This document shows positions 54,444-64,000 of a DNA stretch of 64,000 bases, piece by piece. Source of the stretch: Camelus ferus (taxonomy: Eukaryota). The notes beneath the pieces are model-generated. The model ran no database searches, had not been told where the DNA came from, and saw only the letters and a program-made list of their open reading frames with translations. A program made the translations under genes and the position numbers. Where the stretch lies: positions 52,764,001 to 52,828,000 of the forward strand of contig NC_045707.1 of the NCBI RefSeq assembly GCF_009834535.1, read 5' to 3'. Position 1 is the first letter of the stretch. The number at the start of each line of letters is the position of its first letter.

Positions 54444-55149
54444 TGACTCCGTCCGTAAAGCGTAGAGACCAGAAATACAAATAACAAGTCAAGTGATGTG
54501 GACCACGATCGTGGGAAATGAGACCAGAAACCCCTGAGCAGCTCTTAGCAGAAAGTGATAATACTTGTGTTTAGACCATCGGATCTCTTGATTACGGATT
54601 ATGTTAAAAAAAAAAAAATGTCCCTTGATCTTTTAGTTATCAGAACAGTGGGTTTTGTAACAGAGTGATTTTTTTTCTTTCAAAAACAGTGTGGGTGTAT
54701 CATTAAAAATGAATCCACTTGAATGATACCTGAATTTCTTTTTGTAAATCAAACTAGTAAAAGGTTGAGAATATTATGTAACAGAGAGTTCCTAATATTT
54801 TTTTGCACTTAGAATACTTTTAATGGCTCTCGTGCTGAATCAGATGTCTGAACGTCCTGCTGGGCCATCCAAACGCATGAAGACATTTCCACGAGAGCCG
54901 TGCTGGTCCAGGTTTCTCGGTTCACATGCCTCAGCCATGCCGGGCACAGCCTTGGATGCATACAAGGACAACTGTATTCAGAAATTTCCACTGGGTTGCT
55001 AAATATTTCTTGGTTTTACACTCACAGGATTGTGCAGACTGGTCTCTTAACACATCTAAGTGTGCTAAAAAAATTCCTGGAGACGTTACACAGAGTCAGA
55101 GATGGGCCAAGACTACTACTGTGTTACGGATTTTTTATTTTCTCACTGA

Positions 55150-55407
<258 letters not shown>

Positions 55408-55499
55408 TGAGGCGGGGCCACCCTGGCCCTCCTCACCTGGACCACCCCCTGCTTACAGTGTGGCCCCTCTGCTGACCTCCACTGGTAGGAGACATCCTT

Positions 55500-55940
55500 C
55501 AAAAATGCAGATCTGAGCAGTGCGTCCCTCTCCTGCTGAAAACCAGGCTTCTGAGCCAGGCTAGGAAGGCTTCTTGTGACTTGGGCTCTGGTTCCCTCTC
55601 TCCCTCCCTTCTTCTGACACTCCATTAGGCCCGTGCTCTCTGGTTTGGACTCATACCCCCTTTCCTTTCTCACCTCCATCCAGCCAGCCGGGAGGTACCT
55701 TCAGATCTTCTCTGGTGTCACTACCCCAGAACTGTCACCCTGGAAGCCTCTCCTCTGGTCTTCCTTCCTTGGACGCTGGGACTTTTGTGTTCAGTGGTCT
55801 TATCACTTGTAAGGTTATGTGCCTGTTTGTCTGTTTCCCAACTTCCAACCTCACAAAAGGCATTCTATGTTTCTTGAAGGCAGGACCTGTGTCTTGCTAG
55901 CTGTTCCAGTCTTATCACAAACAAGCAAATGAATGAATCA
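55500..55940 (+). mobile_element. L2 fragment in an SLC5A7 intron
   Basis: Ends ttcttgaaggcaggacctgtgtcttg...aaatgaatgaat, the typical L2 3' terminus. Confidence 0.55.
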
Positions 55941-58900
55941 CCTACAGCTACTCTTTCTACAAAAGAGAAGAAGGAAACCCGTGTCCCTTCCCTTCTCAGT
56001 GAAATCCCACTGCGTCCTAGAGTGCGGGCCGCAGGCTTGTTCAGGGATGTGGGAAATGGGCTCGTTCAGGTCTCACCTATGCCAGGATCCGTCGATGCTA
56101 AAGACATCCTGTCCTCGGACCTTGGATTCTCAGCCCACTCTCAAGACTTAGAAAAAACAGATTTTGGTGAGATTGTGGGAGAGCTTCAGGCTCAGTACCC
56201 CAGCCTTTCATCGAGGGGGCACCTAAGCAACCATACTGGGTGCAGTTCCTTCCCGATGACCAGCAGTGTCAGGAGTTCCTCATCCTTCCTGAGGGAGCTG
56301 CGTCCATGTGTGACACCAGGCTTCCCTCTCATCTTACAAATGGGGATAAATGGTTTGCGTCCACAGCCAGACTTTAAGTGGCCAAAACCAAAGTCGGATA
56401 AGATGAATTTCCTTCTATATTCCAGACTACAAGCTTGTGGTTTCAGTGTATCACCTGATCTGGTCTCTAACATCAGACTTTAGTTTACACCACCTTTCAC
56501 TTCTTTCTCCCTAGACTCCCGTACAGTCATATCTTATTTTCTTGGCCTCCAGTTGTGAAATGAAGGAATGACTTGGTGGAGAATAGAAGATAATTTGATA
56601 GTTATAAATTGCTGTAATAACTCACTGAAACATGTTGCACTTTCCTGGTTCTGGGTAATCATTCTCCATAACTACCACGGCACAGCCTAATATATTTTGC
56701 ATAAAAGCACACCTCCCTCCCCACCTGCTCTTATTAGCCAGGAAGCAATGGTAGCTTATTTGTCATTGGTTTCAACACCAGAAAATTTCAGTTTTAAGAA
56801 CAAACTGCCTGCTGAGATGTCAAAAAAGGAGTGGGGTGAATGTCTAACAGGGTACAACGTGTTCACTCTTGCTGAAGAAAGACCAATTTATATAACAGAG
56901 CCCTGAAGGGAGGGTAGACTGAAAAACCCATTATTTCTAAAGTATTTTGGAAATACAAAACATAATAGCTAAGCCCTGAACTTTTCGGCAGTTAGTTATG
57001 TAAATATCTGTCTACATCTGTGTGTGCCCATCAGTATACGTGTAAAATATGTTTATCTCTTACACACACACACATACACATCAAGCAACAGACATGAAAA
57101 CAGTGCCGCTGCTCTGGAAACACAGGCTCTGGCAAAGAGAATGTGTGTGTGTTTTTAAATTAGCACCTCTATTTTCTTCAAAAGCAATAGTTGGATGTAA
57201 GTCAAGTCAGTGTTACAAACAACCTGGGACGAGATCTGTCACCACCTCGCTGTGAATGTCACCACTGAAACTTACGAGAGTCTTAGACTATCTTCTTGGT
57301 ACAAACAGATGACTTTCTGACAACTTCTTAAAGAAATGTCTATTTACACTTTTAACAGCTCAAATTCAGTGAGTTTTTATAACTTTAGTTGCAGTATATT
57401 TATTTCTGTGGCTGCATGAGTAAATTAGTATTTCCCAACAGATCTGGAAGTGTAACTTTGATGTGACTACAAATGATGGAATTATTTAGGAAGTATTTTA
57501 GAGAAAAAAATTATCCCAAACTTAATAGTGGTACAAAAGTGAATGACTTCTTTAAAACCACTGGGTTACAACCAAATGGCAGCATTTAGCAGGGTGTTCA
57601 ATCTTTAGGCTCCAAGTCCAGTGATCTTCCTTCCATAAATATAGCTCCCTGCCTTTTGGAAGTACAGGATTAATAGAAATTTCACAGATGGGTGGAAAAT
57701 TAAACAGTATCCCAAAGAGGTCAGGTAATAATTGGACTTTTCATAACTCATGAGATATAACTTCAAAATGTTGTTAATTAAAGCAGAGAACAAGACCAAA
57801 GATGAATGGCCAAAAATTGCAACTGAAGGTTTAACATGAAGTAAATAATCTCAGGAGAAATAAATAACTTGTTAGCTCTCCAAAGAACAATAACTCAGTC
57901 AATTATCCAAAGCCATTTACAAATAATTTACCTCCTTCCCTTGTCTTCACCTTCCAATTCCTTACTAGATTATTTCTTTCCTCAGTTGGTTTTTGCTCAA
58001 AAAATTAATTTAGTTTTGTTACCAAAGCCAAAGCACTAAGGCAAAAAAAGTCTTGAAAAATACTTTGTGTTGTTATCTTAGATCAAAATATCTTAGACTG
58101 CTCTTTAAAAGAATGGATTTTCATCCTGGGTGGGTGTTATAGGCAATCACCACGCAGCTGAGGAGCTGTGGCAGAACGTAAGATTGCAGTGAATGACTCG
58201 AAGAAACCATGGGTTTGTAGCATGCACGCTAACAGGATAGGAATATCGTGGCTGCATTTAATGACATGAAATATAAACGAGACACTTTTGAGCACAGTGG
58301 GGAAAGGGTTTGCAGAGCAACACGTGAATTCTGAACTGGCGGCCCCAGAGCCACCGTGGTCCAACTGTCCACACCTCAATGTTCTATTGAAGATGCAGAC
58401 TTCAACAAAGTCATAAAGTCAGACAGAGACTGACTTCCAAGGCAGGCTTAAAATTTGGATGATGAAAATGATTTAAAGACGTGATGCTGAAATCTAGGAC
58501 TTTTCAGTACCCTGCGGTCCTGGGAACAGGACTGGAAAATGCTCCACCAACAAATAAAATAAAAGCAGTTTTTCACAAAGTTGAAAGAGAGAAAGTTGGA
58601 AGGTGCAATTTACCAATCGCGTCATTTTCTCCCGCAAATTTGTTTCAAGCCTTGGTACCTTACGCCGAGAGTCATCTAGTGAAAGCTGTCAGACAGAGTC
58701 AACACAGATCAGCGAATGAATCCTGACTGTAAGATGTGGAAATGGGTGATTCTGCTTAAGGCTAGTTTTGCTCATGGATGGGGGCATATACACTGCGTGT
58801 GCCCAGTCCAGTCAGAGTCTCAGGTGGCCAGTGGGATCACTGTGAGGTCTCACAGCAGCGTTACATTTAGTGTGTGTCATGGGATTCTGTAATCATCCTG

Positions 58901-59080
58901 TGAGTTTCAGCTTTTCCCACATAAGTGAGCAAGGCACTAACTTCAGAGAGAAAGGTTTTAAACTCATGTGTGTACACATGCGTGTGTGCGTGTCCATAAG
59001 TAGACAGATGCATGTTCAGTCTGCAGAGAGTCAGGAATTTAGTGTGAAACTCCCCTGAGCTGTCTCGTCCGACCCTCCAG

Positions 59081-59229
59081 GCGCCACCATCAGCGTGGTC
59101 ATCCACGCCGACGTGCACTGGTCCGTCATCGTCTCCGCGCTCATCGCCACGCTGTACACGCTGGTGGGCGGGCTCTACTCCGTGGCCTACACCGACGTGG
59201 TCCAGCTCTTCTGCATTTTCGTGGGGCTG
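59081..59229 (+). CDS. SLC5A7: CHT1 coding exon (probable exon 5)
   Basis: ctccAG acceptor, CTG|GTAAGT donor, 149 nt. Encodes [42 protein letters not shown]..., containing the sodium:solute symporter YT..GG..AV.YTD..Q type motif. Confidence 0.97.
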
Positions 59230-60125
59230 GTAAGTGGGACCACTCTCATACTGTCTTTCTTTGTCTCTCTCTCTTTCCTTCTCTCTCCCTCCCTCCCTCT
59301 CTTCCTCCTTTTATAAAAGATGATGTGGTATTTTCTACTAACTGAGCAAAAATTAATAGAAATGCTATCTCTTACCAGACGTAATACCTGGTAAGTCCTA
59401 TACTGTTTGAAATTTGTAATTTCTCCATGAGTTAATTAGATGAGAAACTCTAGTGACATTGTGAGAATCTGACAGAAAAGTGGAGCCTCAGTTAACTCCC
59501 AGGAAGGCCTAGGACACCCTTTCTGGCACCCTTTCCTGCTGCAAATGTAACTAGTGAGGAGGAACCAGCTCTGTTGGCTCCTAGGTGAGGCCCCACTTGG
59601 CTGAATAAAAGGCCAAACACAGCTCGTTTTCCAAGCTTCAAATTGCTATGCGTACAGACATAACTGATCAACGTATGCCTAAAACTACATCCATTTCTCT
59701 AATTCTGTTGATTTTGCATTGTCCTTGGAGCTGCACAGATGTAAACCCAGGTCCCATGTGACGTCCCCTCTGCTCCCCACCCCCTTCTTCCCTGACCCTC
59801 TGAGGGCTGCCCCATCTCCCTCCTCAGTCCTTTTGGGACCAATGCCATGGCTCTGCTTCAGGCCTTTGGGTGACTTCAGTGCCACCTCCTGCTTTTGACT
59901 CCTCCCTTCCTCTGATCTCACTGTTTACATCTACGACAGAAGAATTTCAGAAGAAGTACTGTTAAAATCTTTTTAAAACTCAGAAGAAATTCCTCTAACT
60001 TCCAGTTGCCCACAAAACAAGACACAAACCCCTTAGTTTGCAGGTCAGGATTCCCATCACTTATCTGTCTTTATCTCTCCCGTTTCCCTGAGTCACCCAG
60101 GCCAGCATCCCTGTCACCCAGCAGG

Positions 60126-60250
60126 TGTGTGGGTGCGTGCACACCTGCACACACACACATGCACACACTGCGCATGCACACCTGCACACACACGCATACA
60201 CATGCACACACGTAAACACACATGCACGTACACATGCACGCACACACACA
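60126..60250. repeat. Degenerate CA-rich repeat in an SLC5A7 intron
   Basis: Directly visible. Confidence 0.9.
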
Positions 60251-60697
60251 TCCTGTGGGGTCCCCACGCTCCACCTCGCTCCACCTCGACCAGCTCTCCC
60301 TTGCCCTCCTCCCTACTGGTACCAGGCTCAGTCTCCAGGGTTTGTTTCACCCACCAAGTTCTCAACAGATCTCTCCTCATCACTTTAATAAATGGGTATC
60401 TTCCTCTAATTCAAAGAAAACACAAAAATTTCTATATGTTTATACGTAAAGTTCTCAAAGTTAACGTTTCCTTCACAGAGGCTTCCGGTGGCTGCTCTGC
60501 AGCTGATAGAACACAGTGCGATTAAAGCACAGAAGCTGACAATGCATTACATTAACTTTTCCAAGTCTCAGTGTCTCACAGAGAACCTGCTTCCAGGTCC
60601 TCCCCTGAGCAGGAGGGAGGGATGGCCAAGCCGGGAGGCTGGTCCCACGAGTCCCAGAGGCCGCACACAGCCTGACACTAACGCGCTCTGCTTGCAG

Positions 60698-60841
60698 TGG
60701 GTCAGCGTCCCCTTCGCACTGTCCAACTCCGCGGTCACCGACATCGGGTTCACGGCCGTGCACACCAAGTACCAGAAGCCTTGGCTGGGGACCGTCGAGC
60801 CATCTGAGGTCTACACGTGGCTTGATAGCTTTCTGTTGTTG
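60698..60841 (+). CDS. SLC5A7: CHT1 coding exon (probable exon 6)
   Basis: Branch point CACTAAC (60676-60682), ttgcAG acceptor, TTG|GTAAGT donor, 144 nt. Encodes [48 protein letters not shown]. Confidence 0.97.
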
Positions 60842-62407
60842 GTAAGTGATGCTCTTGCCCCAGGAATGCCGTCTCTCCCTTGTCCTAAAACCACCCATTC
60901 CCACTGCCGGAGAGCTCCAGCTGGTCCGTGGAAGCCAGACTTGACCTTCCTTACAAAGGCTGATGGCCCAAGTGTCCAGAGACACTCGTAGGTAAATTAT
61001 GACCTGTCAGCTCAAGTAGTCACTGAAAATACTGATGAACATGCATTGGCGTTGGAGGGCGTTCATGGTTCGTTGATACACGGGTTGCAAACCAGAAGGA
61101 AAAGCTGTGGAAGAGTATAGACAGACTGGAGGCAGAGGATTGTGAATTTTAGAATTTCTTCTTTTACGTTTCTTTTTTTTTTTTTTTTCTTTCACTTTTG
61201 AGCATGTATGGCTTTGACAAGAAGGAAATTGCTCTGGACACTCTGATTAGCACAGACTGGCAATAATGAACAAGAAGACATCCCAGGTTTAGAGCCCAGT
61301 GAAGGGGCCTAAGAAGCACCTCTCTGTGCTGGGGTGTGGGGGGCCCCTCATCAGCTCGCCCACTCATATGACAGACGTGCCAGAGGATTTTCCCGGCCTC
61401 CTCTCTAGCCACCCCCACCCCTGACCTCACCTTGTACCAAGTACACACTGGGCTCAGAGCTGCCTCTTGGGTTCCTCCTTTTTCTTTCTCACTTGGAGTC
61501 TTTCCCAAGAACCCGCCTCTCTCTCCATGTCCACCTAGTGACACTCCCTGATGCTTACGGACCGACTGCAGTGTCCTTCCCGTAGGCTTTCCTGGTCCCC
61601 ATGCCACAGTCTGCCTCCCTCTGCGACCCCAGATGATTGTTTCTCCTCATTTCTGTACTCTTCATTCTTTATAGCATGCAACAAACTACAGGCTAGTTCA
61701 GTGTCTCCAAACTGCTTCATGGTACGTCCTGAACTAGGATGTGAAGCATGCCCCAGCGTAGGGATATGCAATTATAAATTGCTTCTATGTACTGTACTCA
61801 CACATTGTGTAAGTCCTTTAATAAAACCACATTTAGGTACGAGGTAAAACGAGCGTAAGGAGGAGTTCTAGTGTCTTCTTGATGCCCTGCACGGCCCCGA
61901 GCCCTCTGCATGCCCGCCTGGAAGACACCGAATGTGCTGACCTCCCAGCGGACAATCTCACAAGGGCAGGAACCATGCTTCACTCACCTTTGGGCTCTGA
62001 CAACCAGCACATCGCCTGGCCCACGAATGGAGTCCAGAAATATCCATTGGTCTGTTTTGATTCAAATTAAGCTTCATCGTTTCAGAATCTTAATTTTCTG
62101 AGACAACTTTGGTGGTTAGAACCCCCAGGAAAGAACAAATTGAAGGCTTCCGGTAGTTGTAACGCAGCTTTACGTAGGTAAATTAAGGAAAAGGAAGGAC
62201 TGCGCTATGTAATCGTGAAGGAGGAGTTCTGGCCGCACCCTTGGAGCCGTGACAGCGACTTAATGGCAGCAGCGCAGATGAGTGGCGGGTGGGACCATTT
62301 TCTTCACTCCAGAGCCATACAGATGACTGCTCTGAACGTGACTGTTAAAAAAAAAAAAAAAGTCTCACGTTAACAATGCGTAACAGCTGCTGCTGGCCTC
62401 CGGCTGA

Positions 62408-62734
<327 letters not shown>

Positions 62735-64000
62735 TAAGACTTCTGTGAGGACCCTCCCCACCAGGGTTGGTGTATCGATGGATTCTCAGCCAATGTGCAC
62801 ACCGACATCATGGGGGGAGGCAGAGGGACACCCCAAAGTATCTATTTCTATTCTACCCCACTGGGATTTTATTTTAACTGTCTAAGATAGCGTCAAGGAC
62901 CAGTGTTTGTTATAAGTCCCCTCGGTGAGTCAATGCCAAGAGCCACTGGCTCAGAAGAAGTGGACCTGCATCTGTATGACCGCTAAGGACCACTTTGAAC
63001 TTGAGGGTCCTGTTTACATTTTCAGTGGTTTTTTAAGTAAAGGTTTTCTTTCTTGCAGAAATCAACCCATCTGTAGGTAAAGATAAACTAAAGCACTAAG
63101 TCCCTTAGAGCGTGTCTCACTCAAAACTGGTAAAAAGAGCTTTTTAAGGGGCTTATCTCCCAGGATGCCTCTATCTGGAACACTTATTCAATCTCACCTT
63201 TAATGTGATTGTGCCCATTCATTACTTCTGAACCTTACGTTCCCAATGCTATGCCGCTTTCAAGAGCATTTCATGGAAATACAGCGCATTAACCCCACAT
63301 CCGGGGAGCCCTCTAATAGAGGCAGTTAGAGCAGATTAAAGAAGTTTACCTTTCAGTCGGCTGCGTTCCGTAAAGATGACCCAGGGTGATGCTCACAAGG
63401 CTGCTGTGACTTCCAATTAATAGAGATGATAATTGGATTATTTAATTTTTAAGAGTGCAGTCATGGTTCCTAGTGTATTCTGTACTCCACGGTTCACCCA
63501 TGATGTGAGTAAACACTCAAAGTGGCTGACAAAGGTGACTGTGTGCCTTTGAATAGAAGATAGCATTTATGTCACAACCAGAAAACAGGTCTGACCATTA
63601 GTGGATGGGTGGGTGGGTGGGAGGGTGTTATAGGAAAACAGACTAAAGGAAAAAAAAAGGTAAGCCTATTTTTTCTTGAATTAGATCTGCATTCTTGGTT
63701 GTTATTTCTGCCACCACAACATCTCAGTTAACACTATAAAACTGGCCCCATCAAAGTATGACTTTGAACAATTGCAACAGAAAAATCGGGGAAGGGACAC
63801 CACTCCCCTCTGGTCCTGTAACCACGACATTGAAGAAGTTGGGCGAGTGAAAATGGAGCTGTACTCAGGGCCATTTAAAGCTTCCGTGCAGTCTTTGGCA
63901 CCTGCTAGTGCACAACACACTAAAGAAGTCGTGCTTCTAAAGATAATCCTATGTTTCAAGTCCTTTTACCATGGAGTCCAAAACCCCTGAAAATTTCAGC

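Noticed and set aside
55929..56483. 184-aa intronic ORF
   Set aside because: No similarity to CHT1 or any family I recognise; flanking exons already join in frame without it.

Overview
Mammalian genomic DNA, most likely from a camelid (alpaca, llama, vicuna or camel). It carries two copies of a tRNA-derived SINE resembling camelid vic-1 and several artiodactyl-type L1 3' tails; I saw no Alu, Bov-A or BovB. The first ~47.9 kb has no recognisable protein-coding gene and consists of L1, L2, MIR, LTR and DNA-transposon relics, simple repeats and a few CpG-rich patches. From ~47.95 kb the + strand carries the 5' part of SLC5A7, the high-affinity choline transporter CHT1. This comprises a CpG-island/TATA promoter, a probable non-coding exon 1 and six coding exons (49631-49808, 54307-54420, 55172-55327, 59081-59229, 60698-60841, 62435-62588). 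The coding exons total 895 nt (298 codons + 1 nt), all have GT-AG boundaries and join in frame; the remaining exons lie beyond the window. I found no convincing novel biological system. The most notable details are a cryptic splice donor 6 nt before the start codon, a minimal uORF, extreme GC3 in some exons, a divergent loop in exon 5, a ~515 bp hexamer array inside an MLT2 LTR, and stacked or nested retro-insertions. Repeat-family names and comparisons to human/rodent CHT1 are from memory, not database searches, and repeat boundaries are approximate.
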